Shown here piece after piece: positions 9,621 through 19,674 of a stretch of DNA of 64,000 nt; the stretch's first letter is position 1; each line of letters starts with the position of its first letter. The notes below the pieces were generated by a model, which saw nothing but the letters and a program-made list of their open reading frames with translations, was not told the DNA's origin and did no database searches. Source of the DNA: a bacterium (GTDB taxonomy: Bacteria > Zhuqueibacterota > Zhuqueibacteria > Oceanimicrobiales > Oceanimicrobiaceae); assembly GCA_046757165.1 (NCBI GenBank), contig JBHHXT010000004.1:13248-77247 (forward strand), in the 5' to 3' direction. A program made the translations under genes and the position numbers.

Positions 9621-10971
9621 ACTTTTTTATCTTATATCGCATGGTGCGCAGACTGATATCGAGCGCTTTGGCAGCTTCGGACTTGTTGCCCCCGGCGCCC
9701 TCGATCGCACTCTTCAAAATAAGCCGTTCGGCCACCTCGACTTTGTCTTTGAAAGTCGGGCCACTGTTCCGCAAAAGATCCAGACTCATCTCTTTTGTCG
9801 GTTTGCCCAGGATGTCAAACGGCAGATGCTCAGGCAAAATCGTGGCACCTTCGCCCAAAACGATGGCATTTTCCACTGCGTTCTCAAGCTCGCGTACGTT
9901 CCCGGGCCACTCATACATCAAACACAGCCTCATGGCCTCCTCAGAAACTGCCGGGGGCGGAATCTTGATGGCCATGCTAAACTTCTTGACAAAATGCTGC
10001 AGCAACAACGGGATATCGTCCTTCCGCTCACGCAAAGGAGGAAGTCGGATGGGGATCACATTCAACCGGTAGTAAAGGTCTTCGCGAAATCTGCCCTGTT
10101 CGAGCGCTTTCTCGAGATCGCGATTGGTCGCCGTAATGACGCGCACGTCCACGCTGATGGTCGCCGTGCCCCCCAGGCGGGAAATCCGGCGCTCCTGTAA
10201 GACCCGCAAAAGCTTGATCTGCATGCTCTCGGAGACATCACCAATCTCATCCAGAAAGATGGTCCCCCCGTCAGCAAGCTCAAAATGGCCTTTCTTGCGG
10301 TTGTCGGCACCCGTGAACGCCCCTTTCTCGTAACCAAACAGCTCACTCTCCAGCAGCGTTTCCGGAAACGAGGCGCAACTGATTTCCACCAGCGGCTTGT
10401 TGGCCCGGGGACTATTGTAATGAATCGCCCGCGCGACCAGCTCCTTGCCCGTACCACTTTCGCCACGAATCAGGACAGTGGACTGGGTTTTGGCGACTTT
10501 GACGATGGTCCTAAAGACCTGTTCAATCGCAGGACTCTGGCCCACGATATTCTCGAAGCTGTACGTCGACTTGACCTGCCGCTTGAGGCGCAAATTCTCG
10601 CGCTGCAGATTCTGCTCACCAATGGCCTTCTCTATAATCACAAACAGCTCGTCCAGGTCAAGCGGTTTGGTCAGGTACTCATACACGCCCCTTTTCATCG
10701 CCTCGACCGCGTCTTTGACCGAGCTATAGGCTGTCATCACGATGGTCTTTAGCTCGGGTGCAATGGGCAGCGAGCGCTGATAGAGCTCCATCCCGCTCAA
10801 ATAAGGCATTTTCAAGTCGGTGAGAAGAATGTCAAAGCTGTCCTTCTCGAGATGCTTGAGCGCCTTCTTCGCACCGTCAACGCCGACCACATCGTACCCC
10901 TCCTGGCTCAGGATTTCCACCAGGCCGGAGAGCGTGTTGCGGTCGTCTTCTACTATCAAAATTCTCGCCAT
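9610..10971 (-). CDS. Sigma54-dependent response regulator (NtrC/AtoC family)
   Basis: REC domain (VEDD, TDLKMP, TKP), GESGTGKE, GAFTGA, FLDEIG, WPGNVREL, C-terminal HTH. Confidence 0.95.
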   Translation of the reverse strand: MARILIVEDDRNTLSGLVEILSQEGYDVVGVDGAKKALKHLEKDSFDILLTDLKMPYLSGMELYQRSLPIAPELKTIVMTAYSSVKDAVEAMKRGVYEYLTKPLDLDELFVIIEKAIGEQNLQRENLRLKRQVKSTYSFENIVGQSPAIEQVFRTIVKVAKTQSTVLIRGESGTGKELVARAIHYNSPRANKPLVEISCASFPETLLESELFGYEKGAFTGADNRKKGHFELADGGTIFLDEIGDVSESMQIKLLRVLQERRISRLGGTATISVDVRVITATNRDLEKALEQGRFREDLYYRLNVIPIRLPPLRERKDDIPLLLQHFVKKFSMAIKIPPPAVSEEAMRLCLMYEWPGNVRELENAVENAIVLGEGATILPEHLPFDILGKPTKEMSLDLLRNSGPTFKDKVEVAERLILKSAIEGAGGNKSEAAKALDISLRTMRYKIKKYDL

Positions 10972-11936
10972 CGCTCAACGCCTAATCCCTCTGAATTGAC
11001 AATACTCTCAACCTTCCTGCCGAGCAAATAATCAGCCACACTGCCAGCGATCTCCGCGGCCACCCTGCGCTGAGCATCCACGGTGCTGGCACCAAGATGG
11101 GGGGTGGTGATGACATTGCTGAGCCCGAGCAGCGGACTCATGCCAGGAGGCTCTTTTTCAAAAACATCCAGGGCTGCGCCGGCGATCTTGCCCGCTTTCA
11201 CGGCCCGGCAGAGCGCGTCTTCATCGATGACCCCCCCCCGCGCCACGTTGATAATTCGCAGATTTGGATTGCAGGTTTCGAATTGCCTGTCGGAAAACAG
11301 GTGGCGCGTTTGCTCGTTGAGTGGCAGATGCAAGGTCAGAAAATCACACTGCTCGAGCATCTCATCGATCTCCATTTGCCCAACATGGGCTGCCTGAAAA
11401 TCGGCAGCGCTGATGAGCGGGTCATAGGCGACGACAGTCATGCCAAACGCCCGGGCGCGGTTCGCCACCTCCCGGCCTATCTGGCCCAACCCGACAATAC
11501 CGAGTTTCTTGCCATACAACTCCACTCCGGTAAAGGCGCTGCGCTGCCATTTGCCGGCCAGCATGGAGAGATGCGCGGCCGGTATCTGACGCGCGAGCGC
11601 GATCATCATCGCAAAGGTATGCTCCGCCGCAGAGAGGGTGTTGCCGCCGGGCGAATTCACCACTGCGATACCTTTTTGCGTCGCAGCCGCAACGTCGATG
11701 TTATCCACACCCGTGCCGGCACGGCCAATCACGCGCAGGTTCCTGCCACGCTCGATAACCCCGGCGGTCACTTTCGTGGCGCTGCGGACAATCAAGGCGT
11801 GGTAGTCTTCAATGGTGTTCTCCAGCTCCTTTGCCGGCAGCCCCGGGCTGTACCTGACTTCGAAGTCTTGCTGTTCCAGATGGGCCACACACACATCAGC
11901 GACCGCGTCGGATACGAGTACCTTGAGTTTTGTCAT
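10956..11936 (-). CDS. serA: D-3-phosphoglycerate dehydrogenase-like protein (short form, no ACT domain)
   Basis: RAGTGVDNID, GLGQIG, NVARGG, DVFEKEP, TPHLGAST. Confidence 0.8.
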   Translation of the reverse strand: MTKLKVLVSDAVADVCVAHLEQQDFEVRYSPGLPAKELENTIEDYHALIVRSATKVTAGVIERGRNLRVIGRAGTGVDNIDVAAATQKGIAVVNSPGGNTLSAAEHTFAMMIALARQIPAAHLSMLAGKWQRSAFTGVELYGKKLGIVGLGQIGREVANRARAFGMTVVAYDPLISAADFQAAHVGQMEIDEMLEQCDFLTLHLPLNEQTRHLFSDRQFETCNPNLRIINVARGGVIDEDALCRAVKAGKIAGAALDVFEKEPPGMSPLLGLSNVITTPHLGASTVDAQRRVAAEIAGSVADYLLGRKVESIVNSEGLGVERWREF

Positions 11937-11948
11937 GATGTTGTCGCT

Positions 11949-13106
11949 TCAGTGAGTTAATCCGTCGTTCTTGCTCTCCATGAAAACCTGCTGCACCGCC
12001 GAAACCCCCGCCCCGTGCTCGAACTTCCAGTCGAAATCCTGCAGGGCCAATTCCAGCGCGGAGGCCATTGCGACCATGTCCAGGGCATCGTAGTAGCCCA
12101 TGTGTGCGATGCGGAAAATCCTGCCTTTCAACTGCGCCTGCCCGCCGGCGACCGTGATGCCGTACCTTTGTCGCAAATGGCGCACAAACTCCAGTCCATC
12201 AATCGTCTCAGGAATCTTGACCGCGGTCAGCGAATCGGACGGAGACCGGGCGAACAATTCCAGGCCGACCGCCTGTACCCCCTGCCGGGTCGCGTGCGCA
12301 AGAAGGGCATAGGTTTGCCACATCTTCTCCAGGCCCTTTTCCCGGATCATCCTGAGCGCCTCCCGCAGCCCCATGAACAGTGTGATCGCCGGCGTCCAGG
12401 CAGTGGTGGCGTTGCGCTGTGCGGCCCGCTCTTTCTTCAAATCGAAATAGAATTTGGGCAAATCAGACCGCTCGACGCGCTCCCAGGCGCGCGGGCTCAT
12501 GGCCACAACCGCGAGACCGGGCGGAATCATCAGACCTTTCTGCGAGCCCGTAACGGCAACATCGATACCCCATTCGTCCATTTTGAACGGCAGCACACCG
12601 GCCGAGGTGATCGAGTCGACCACCAGGATGGCATCAGAATGCGCATGGACGACCTGCGCAATCTTTTGTACATCAGCCGCCACACCCGTCGAGGTCTCGC
12701 TATGGGTGACGAAGACCGCTTGCGTCGCCGGATTGCGGACCAGAAATTCCTGGATCACCTCCGGGTCGACAGCCTCGCCCCAGGTGACGTCGAGGTTGTG
12801 GGTATCGGTTGCGTACGCCCGGCACATCTGTCCCCAGCGCTCGCCGAACTTGCCGCCGGCAACCGTGAGCACTTTGTCCTTCTTGCTGAGCAGATTGACA
12901 ACGCACGCTTCCATGGCACCGCTCCCTGAGGCCGTCAGGGTCAAGACCTGCCCGTCGGTCTGGAAGAAATATTTCAGGTCATCGATGACTTCTTTGAAAA
13001 TCCTTTTGAACTCCGCGCCCCGGTGGTGCATCAGGGGGTTGGACATGGCCACCTGCACCCGCTCGGGAACCTGAGTTGGCCCCGGTGTAAACAGTCTCGC
13101 TCGCAT
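11949..13106 (-). CDS. Class V PLP aminotransferase (alanine-glyoxylate/serine-pyruvate family; probable phosphoserine aminotransferase role)
   Basis: TPGP, HSETSTG, GSQKGL, FRIAHMG; adjacent to serA-like gene. Confidence 0.9.
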   Translation of the reverse strand: MRARLFTPGPTQVPERVQVAMSNPLMHHRGAEFKRIFKEVIDDLKYFFQTDGQVLTLTASGSGAMEACVVNLLSKKDKVLTVAGGKFGERWGQMCRAYATDTHNLDVTWGEAVDPEVIQEFLVRNPATQAVFVTHSETSTGVAADVQKIAQVVHAHSDAILVVDSITSAGVLPFKMDEWGIDVAVTGSQKGLMIPPGLAVVAMSPRAWERVERSDLPKFYFDLKKERAAQRNATTAWTPAITLFMGLREALRMIREKGLEKMWQTYALLAHATRQGVQAVGLELFARSPSDSLTAVKIPETIDGLEFVRHLRQRYGITVAGGQAQLKGRIFRIAHMGYYDALDMVAMASALELALQDFDWKFEHGAGVSAVQQVFMESKNDGLTH

Positions 13107-13693
13107 CACGACTCCACCAAACATATGATTTGACGCAACAATTCCTTCTTCCCGGTCCCGTTCGCGGCTGAAAACGCGATGATCTGACCGCTGAAGACCT
13201 GCTGGACGTCGGCAGAGAATTTCTTTAGGTGAGTCACCAAAGCTGATTTGGATAATTTATCTACCTTTGTCGCCACCAGGAGCACCGGCAGCCGCAAGCT
13301 CTGCAACCATTCGAGCAACTGAAGATCGAGCGGTGTGGGGCCGATGCGGCTGTCGATAATCGAAATCACGCCCTTCAATTTCTCACTTTTTCTGAGATAA
13401 CTCTCGATCAGAGTTTGCCATTGCCCTCGCTCCTTTTCCGAAACCCTGGCATATCCGTAGCCCGGCAGGTCCACAAAATAAAAACGATTGTTGATTCGAA
13501 AATAATTGAGCTGGCGGGTCTTGCCGGGCGTCGAGCTGGTTTTTGCGATTTTCTTGCGATTCAGCAAAGAGTTGATCAGGCTGGACTTTCCAACGTTCGA
13601 CCGGCCGGCGAAGGCCACTTCGTGAAGATTGTCCTTCGGAATTTCTGCAACATCGACGACGCTTTTGACAAATTCGACTGAGGTGATTTTCAT
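13106..13693 (-). CDS. engB: Ribosome biogenesis GTPase YihA/YsxC
   Basis: GRSNVGKSS, PGKT, DLPGYG, TKVDK; usual position after lon. Confidence 0.95.
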   Translation of the reverse strand: MKITSVEFVKSVVDVAEIPKDNLHEVAFAGRSNVGKSSLINSLLNRKKIAKTSSTPGKTRQLNYFRINNRFYFVDLPGYGYARVSEKERGQWQTLIESYLRKSEKLKGVISIIDSRIGPTPLDLQLLEWLQSLRLPVLLVATKVDKLSKSALVTHLKKFSADVQQVFSGQIIAFSAANGTGKKELLRQIICLVES

Positions 13694-13707
13694 TTTGGCG
13701 CCATACC

Positions 13708-16053
13708 CTAAACAAACGCCTCTTTCAAGACCTGCTCCATCTTTTTGACCGGAATAATGTTCAACCCCTTTTTCACCCGCATATTGATCTCGCTCAGCTC
13801 GCGCTCATTCTCTTGCGGGATGATCACGTTTTCGATGCCGAAACGCTTGGCGGCCAAGAGCTTCTCATTCAAGCCGCCGATGGCCAGCACGTTCCCCCGC
13901 AGCGTGATCTCGCCAGTCACAGCCAGATTGCCCCGGACGCGCTTGCCGGTCAAAGCGGAAATCAAAGCGATGGCCATGGTCACCCCGGCGGAGGGGCCAT
14001 CTTTCGGCGTCGCGCCCTCCGGCACATGGATGTGAATGTCCTTGTCTTTCCAGAACTCCCCCTCGATGCCCAGCTTGTCAGCATTCGTGCGCGCATAGGA
14101 CACGGCTGCTTTGGCGGATTCCTTCATGACGTCGCCGAGCTTGCCGGTGAGCGACAGGTTGCCTTTCCCGGCCATCAAGTTCACCTCGATCTGTAAGATG
14201 TCGCCGCCGTACTGAGTCCAGGCCAGGCCGTGGGCGGCCCCCACCCTGTTGTCCTGCTCCAGTTGCCGATCCGGATACTTTGACACGCCGAGGTACTTGT
14301 GCACAACTTTTTGGTTCACAGTGACGGCCTCGGCCCCAGTTTTGCCCTTTCGCACGATTTCTTTCGCCACCTTGCGGCAAATCTTGGCAAGTTCGCGCTC
14401 GAGATTGCGCACACCCGCCTCGCGCGTATATTCACGGATGATGTGCAAAATGGCCGTCTCTTGAAACTCGAGCTGGCTCTTTTTCAACCCGTGTTGCTTC
14501 AACAGCTTGGGAATGAGAAATCCCTTTGCTATCTCCAACTTGTCATGCTCGAGATAGCCGGGCAAATTGATGACTTCCATCCGGTCGCGCAGCGGTTCCG
14601 GAATCTGGCTTTCGAGATTTGCCGTGGTGATGAACAGGACCTGTGACAGGTCGTAATCCACCTCCAGGTAGTGGTCGCCAAACGCTTTGTTCTGCTCCGG
14701 GTCCAGCACCTCCAGCAGCGCGGTCGACGGGTCGCCCCGAAAATCCATGCTCATTTTGTCGACCTCATCGAGTAAGAAAACGGGGTTGATACTCTTGGCC
14801 TTTTTGAGACTTTGAATGATCTTGCCGGGCATGGAGCCGATGTATGTTCGCCGGTGGCCCCGGATTTCCGCTTCGTCTCGCACGCCGCCCAGGGAGACGC
14901 GCACAAAATTTCGTCCCATCGCACGAGCCACGGATTTGCCGAGCGAGGTCTTGCCGACGCCAGGCGGTCCGACAAAACAGATGATCGGGCCTTTGATATT
15001 CTTCGACAGCTTGAGCACCGCCAAATGTTCGAGGATGCGCTCTTTGGGCTTGCGCAGCCCGAAATGGTCTGCATCGAGAATCTTATCGGCCGCGTCGATA
15101 TCGAGGTTGTCTTTGGTCTTCTTATACCACGGGACGGCGATGAGCCAATCCAGGTAGTTCCGGATAACGGTCGCTTCCGGTGAGAAAGGCGGCGTCTGGC
15201 GCAGCTTGTCGAGCTCCTCGAACGCACGCTCCGCCGCCTCTTTCGACATCCTGGCTTTGCGGATTCTTTCACTGAAGAAGGCAAACTCGCCGTTCATTTC
15301 GCCTTCGTCGCCGAGCTCCTCCTGGATGGCCCGCATCTGCTCCTGCAGATAAATGTTCTTTTGTGAACGGTTAATTCTGCCGCGCACACGCTCGTCCAGA
15401 TCGCGCTCCAGCTCCAAGATCTCCATTTCAGACTCCAGCATCTTGATCAGTTCCGTGAGATGCAGCTCGACAGATTTGTTTTCCAGCAGCTTCTGTTTGG
15501 TCGCGACGTCGTTTTGCAGATGCGCAGAAACCAGATCCGCAAATCGCTGCGGCTGGTGCGCTTTCTCGATCGTGAGAACAATCTCATCGGGCAAACTGCG
15601 GTGGAGCATCACATAGCGTTTGAACAGATTGCCGACTCGCCGCACCTTCGCCTTGATGAGAGGCGTACTGTTTTCGGTCTCAGCGAGCACGTCGATTTGT
15701 CCCTGGAAATGGTCATCAACCGACAGGAAGCGTTTGATTCTGCCGCGCACCAACCCTTCGATGAGCACCTTCATCAGGCCATTCGGCAACTTCAGAACTT
15801 GCAGCACACGCGCAACCACTCCGACGCGGTACAAGTCTCTGGACTCCGGATCTTCAAGGGTGACACTCTTCTGCGCGGTCAGAAACACCAGCTTGTCGAG
15901 CAGCATCGACTCCTCGATCGCTTTCAAAGACCCTTCTCTGCCGATCAGCAGAGGATAGATCATATACGGAAAGATGACGACCTCTTTCAAGGGCAGAATA
16001 GGCAGGCGCGTGTTAATCTTGATGACTTTGCCGTCACGAATGACTTTATGCAT
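13708..16053 (-). CDS. lon: ATP-dependent protease La
   Basis: Lon N-domain, GPPGVGKT, GHRRTYIG, PKDGPSAG. Confidence 0.98.
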   Translation of the reverse strand: MHKVIRDGKVIKINTRLPILPLKEVVIFPYMIYPLLIGREGSLKAIEESMLLDKLVFLTAQKSVTLEDPESRDLYRVGVVARVLQVLKLPNGLMKVLIEGLVRGRIKRFLSVDDHFQGQIDVLAETENSTPLIKAKVRRVGNLFKRYVMLHRSLPDEIVLTIEKAHQPQRFADLVSAHLQNDVATKQKLLENKSVELHLTELIKMLESEMEILELERDLDERVRGRINRSQKNIYLQEQMRAIQEELGDEGEMNGEFAFFSERIRKARMSKEAAERAFEELDKLRQTPPFSPEATVIRNYLDWLIAVPWYKKTKDNLDIDAADKILDADHFGLRKPKERILEHLAVLKLSKNIKGPIICFVGPPGVGKTSLGKSVARAMGRNFVRVSLGGVRDEAEIRGHRRTYIGSMPGKIIQSLKKAKSINPVFLLDEVDKMSMDFRGDPSTALLEVLDPEQNKAFGDHYLEVDYDLSQVLFITTANLESQIPEPLRDRMEVINLPGYLEHDKLEIAKGFLIPKLLKQHGLKKSQLEFQETAILHIIREYTREAGVRNLERELAKICRKVAKEIVRKGKTGAEAVTVNQKVVHKYLGVSKYPDRQLEQDNRVGAAHGLAWTQYGGDILQIEVNLMAGKGNLSLTGKLGDVMKESAKAAVSYARTNADKLGIEGEFWKDKDIHIHVPEGATPKDGPSAGVTMAIALISALTGKRVRGNLAVTGEITLRGNVLAIGGLNEKLLAAKRFGIENVIIPQENERELSEINMRVKKGLNIIPVKKMEQVLKEAFV

Positions 16054-16146
16054 AATCGTACTAACCTGTATAAACTAAAAAATCCTCCACAGAAGCGCGC
16101 TGAGGAAGATTTCTTTGATGGAAGAAACGATTGTTTTCTAAATTAA

Positions 16147-17394
16147 TCAAGCGCTTTTTTTGACTTGTTCAAAAGTATAAATCGGCTCGCTCCTTTTCAA
16201 GACATAATCGCGAGTAATGATACAGTGCTTGATGTCATGCCGGGAGGGGATATCATACATGAGCTCCATCATCACCTCCTCGAAGATCGATCGCAAGGCG
16301 CGAGCGCCTGTCCGTCTGGCCTTGGCCATTCTCACAATTTCCTTCAAGGCTTTGTGCTCGAACTCGACCTCGACATCGTCCATTTCAAAGAGACGCGTGT
16401 ATTGTTTCGTGAGCGCATTCTTGGGTTTGAGGAGAATCTCCAACAGCGCGTCTTCATCAAGCTCCTCCAGGACCGAAAGCACAGGCAGTCGGCCGATCAA
16501 TTCCGGGATCAATCCATATTGGAGCAGATCCTCCGGCTCCACGTGCTTGAGCAAATTGCGGCTGTGCTCATCCACCACTTTGCGCGCCGTGGAGCCAAAT
16601 CCGATGACTCTTTTGCCCAGACGCCTGCTGATGACTTTATTCAGCCCCACGAAGGCGCCGCCACAAATGAACAAGATATTTCTGGTGTTGATATTGATCA
16701 GATTCTGCTCCGGATGCTTTCTGCCACCCTTGGGTGGCACGGCAGCCTGAGTACCTTCCAGCAGCTTGAGCAACGCCTGCTGCACCCCCTCGCCAGACAC
16801 ATCGCGAGTGATCGATGGGTTGCCATCCTTGCGCGTGATCTTATCGATTTCATCGATGTATACGATGCCACACTCTGCCTTCTCAACATCATAATCTGCC
16901 GCCTGCAACAGACGAACCAGGATATTCTCGACGTCCTCGCCAACATAGCCGGCTTCTGTGAGGGTTGTCGCATCAGCAATCGTGAAGGGCACCTGCAAGA
17001 ATTTGGCGAGTGTCTGCGCCAGCAATGTTTTCCCGGTCCCCGTCGGCCCAATCAACAAAATGTTACTCTTGTCCAGCTCGACATCGTCGAACGAATCATA
17101 CGACCGGATGCGCTTGTAGTGGTTGTAGACCGCTACGGCGAGATTTTTCTTGGCGTACTCCTGCCCGATGACGTAATCATCCAGAGCACGCTTGATGTCT
17201 GTGGGAAGAAGCTCCTGATTCTCGAACGTCCGGCCGCGGCGAATATAGTCCTCTTTGATAATGTCGCTGGCACTTTTGACACATTCATTACAAATGTACA
17301 CCTCCGGCCCGGTGACAATACATTCAACCTGATTCGAATTCTTGCCACAAAACGAACAGACGTACAAACGTTCCTTGTGCTCCTTCTCGGGCAA
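16147..17394 (-). CDS. clpX: Clp protease ATP-binding subunit ClpX
   Basis: CSFC...CNEC zinc finger, [21 protein letters not shown] loop; TTG start. Confidence 0.98.
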   Translation of the reverse strand: MPEKEHKERLYVCSFCGKNSNQVECIVTGPEVYICNECVKSASDIIKEDYIRRGRTFENQELLPTDIKRALDDYVIGQEYAKKNLAVAVYNHYKRIRSYDSFDDVELDKSNILLIGPTGTGKTLLAQTLAKFLQVPFTIADATTLTEAGYVGEDVENILVRLLQAADYDVEKAECGIVYIDEIDKITRKDGNPSITRDVSGEGVQQALLKLLEGTQAAVPPKGGRKHPEQNLININTRNILFICGGAFVGLNKVISRRLGKRVIGFGSTARKVVDEHSRNLLKHVEPEDLLQYGLIPELIGRLPVLSVLEELDEDALLEILLKPKNALTKQYTRLFEMDDVEVEFEHKALKEIVRMAKARRTGARALRSIFEEVMMELMYDIPSRHDIKHCIITRDYVLKRSEPIYTFEQVKKSA

Positions 17395-17407
17395 CCCTTC
17401 CGTTCTC

Positions 17408-18031
17408 CTATTTGCTGTCGGACTTTCTCTTCGGCTTCTTCTTCATCAAGCCCTTTCTATCGATGACGTCATCGATGATGCCGTATTCTTTGGATTCTCC
17501 GGCAGACATAAAAAAATTGCGGTCTGTATCCCGGGCAATTTTTTCCACCGATTGGCCCGTGTGATAAGCGAGTATCTCGTTGAGTCGCTCACGCGCGTAT
17601 AGAATTTCGCGCGATTGAATTTCGATATCCGAGGCCTGCCCTTGTGCGCCACCGAGCGGTTGGTGGAGCATGACGCGCGCGTGTGGCAAGGCGTAGCGTT
17701 TCCCTGGTGCGCCTGCGGCCAGCAGAACAGCCCCCATACTGGAAGCCTGTCCCATACAAAACGTCACGACATCGGGTTTCACGTGCTGCATCGTGTCATA
17801 AATCGCAAGTCCTGCCGTCACGTAACCGCCTGGAGAATTGATGTACAGAGATATATCCTTCTCCGGATCCTCACTCTCCAAAAACAACATTTGTGCAATC
17901 GCCAGACTGGCGACGGTGTCGTCGACAGCCGAGCCCAGGAAAACGATACGATCCTTCAGCAAGCGTGAGAAAATGTCATAAGCGCGTTCCCCACGTCCTG
18001 TTTGTTCAACAACAACCGGTACCAGTCCCAT
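17408..18031 (-). CDS. clpP: Clp protease proteolytic subunit
   Basis: [26 protein letters not shown]. Confidence 0.98.
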   Translation of the reverse strand: MGLVPVVVEQTGRGERAYDIFSRLLKDRIVFLGSAVDDTVASLAIAQMLFLESEDPEKDISLYINSPGGYVTAGLAIYDTMQHVKPDVVTFCMGQASSMGAVLLAAGAPGKRYALPHARVMLHQPLGGAQGQASDIEIQSREILYARERLNEILAYHTGQSVEKIARDTDRNFFMSAGESKEYGIIDDVIDRKGLMKKKPKRKSDSK

Positions 18032-18098
18032 AACTGCGAGCTCTTTCGTTAAATTAATAGGTGAAACGAAACAATACGAACACTCAAAGTGCGTAACG

Positions 18099-19391
18099 TC
18101 AAACTATTAGCTTGCGACCCTTCTCGATGTCCTTGCGGGTTACTTTCCTCTCCTTGATCTTTGCACGCTCCTCGAGAAAATCCAGGATCTTCTCTTCCAG
18201 AACATCTTCCTCAAACCGGGCCTGCGCTTTTCGCTTCTGCAAAGATTGCTTGATTTCTCTCTCTGTGACACCCCGTTCGCCTGCGATGCGGGCGATCAGC
18301 CTGTTTTTGTCCTCCTCGGTGGTCGTAATGTTTTCGACCTCCTGTAATTTGTCCTTCACCAGCTCCCATTTGATGTTCCAGACGGTAGTCGGACGATACT
18401 GATCTCGCAAGGCCGCCTCATCGAACGGTTCGCTCGAATCCTTTCTCGCGCCTTCGACCAGAACGTCCAGGTAGTTCGTGACCATGGACTCGGGCAGGTC
18501 AAAGGGATTCTTCTTCAGCAGCTCATCGATCAATCGCTGCCGCATAGTGCGTCGTGCACTCGCTTGCGATTGCAGCTCCAACCTGGCACGGATATTCTCT
18601 TTCAACTGGTCAAGGGTCTCGAAGTCACTGACATCCTTTGCTAGTTCATCGTCAAGTTCAGGTAGCCGCTTCGATTTTATTTCTTTAACATTGACCTCAT
18701 AAAGAGCGGTCTCCCCCTTATTGCCGTTGGCATCCACTGAGTCGAGCTGCACCCGCCGTGTCTCGCCCGGCTTCACGCCTATCAATTGATCAGAGAGGTC
18801 TCTGCTCTGGTCCAACGTGCTCAAGTGTATGAGACGATCTTCAAATTTCCTGCCGATGATCGGGAGGCCGGTTGTGTCGACTTGTTGAAAATCAGCGACA
18901 ACAAAGTGATCCTCTTGCGCGGCTTCTTCCACTGGCTCCATGGTCGCCACGCGCTCCCGGTACTCTTCCAGCGCCTGCGCTACATCCTGGTCATCTATCT
19001 GATACGTTTCACGTTCAACAGCAAGACCTGTGTAGGTCTTGAGTTCGATGTCCGGCACGACTTCAACAACGGCCTTGAAATGCAGGCCGCTGACGGGATC
19101 ATAATTGACATCCTGCAGTTTCGCGGGTGCGATGGGCCGCAGCCCCTCCTTATCCCGGACCTCACGGAAGACACTCTGCACAACATCGTCGAGGGCCTCG
19201 CTCTTGATGGAATCCCCGTAGAGCTTCTTGATGAGGCTCAACGGCACCTTGCCCTTGCGAAATCCCTGTAATCTCAACTTCTTTTGATACTTTTGGTAGG
19301 CCTCGTCAAAATGGGGGGTCAACTCGTCTTCAGGGACATCAACTTCAACGATTCTCTCGAAAGTCCCGTTTTTGGTAACAGTCGCTTCCAA
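18099..19391 (-). CDS. tig: Trigger factor
   Basis: GFRKGKVP signature; upstream of clpP. Confidence 0.95.
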   Translation of the reverse strand: MEATVTKNGTFERIVEVDVPEDELTPHFDEAYQKYQKKLRLQGFRKGKVPLSLIKKLYGDSIKSEALDDVVQSVFREVRDKEGLRPIAPAKLQDVNYDPVSGLHFKAVVEVVPDIELKTYTGLAVERETYQIDDQDVAQALEEYRERVATMEPVEEAAQEDHFVVADFQQVDTTGLPIIGRKFEDRLIHLSTLDQSRDLSDQLIGVKPGETRRVQLDSVDANGNKGETALYEVNVKEIKSKRLPELDDELAKDVSDFETLDQLKENIRARLELQSQASARRTMRQRLIDELLKKNPFDLPESMVTNYLDVLVEGARKDSSEPFDEAALRDQYRPTTVWNIKWELVKDKLQEVENITTTEEDKNRLIARIAGERGVTEREIKQSLQKRKAQARFEEDVLEEKILDFLEERAKIKERKVTRKDIEKGRKLIV

Positions 19392-19510
19392 ATTCCCTAA
19401 ATGTGGGTTTAGTTCATCAAAAAAGGGCTAACTGGTGTTTGAATGAGAAACTCGATCCTGGTTATTACGATACTCGCATCGTTTTCATTCACCCACTATC
19501 AAAAACAAAG

Positions 19511-19593
19511 TGCGAGAGGAGGGACTCGAACCCACACGAGCCAAGCTCACTAGATCCTAAATCTAGCGCGTCTGCCAATTCCGCCACTCTCGC
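19511..19593 (-). tRNA. tRNA-Leu (anticodon TAG), CCA not encoded
   Basis: GCGAGAG acceptor stem, D arm GGAATTGGCAGAC, anticodon arm CTAGA-TTTAGGA-TCTAG, long variable arm, GGTTCGAGTCC. Confidence 0.97.
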
Positions 19594-19604
19594 ATCGAGT
19601 GTCG

Positions 19605-19633
19605 AATATAGAGATTTTTCAAATCAAAGTCAA
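19605..19633 (-). promoter_or_regulatory. Sigma70-like promoter for tRNA-Leu/tig
   Basis: TTGACT-17bp-TATATT just upstream of the tRNA. Confidence 0.65.
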
Positions 19634-19674
19634 TACAATATTTGGCACGCGCTGGCCACGCGCTGCGTGCAAAA

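Noticed and set aside
4999..17466. Long plus-strand ORFs (e.g. 4999-6015, 8211-9374, 12015-12929, 16165-17466)
   Set aside because: Antisense shadows of well-supported minus-strand genes in GC-rich DNA; no recognisable motifs.
19641..19657. TTTGGCACGCGCTGGCC as a sigma54 promoter
   Set aside because: No GC at -12, and it faces no plus-strand gene.
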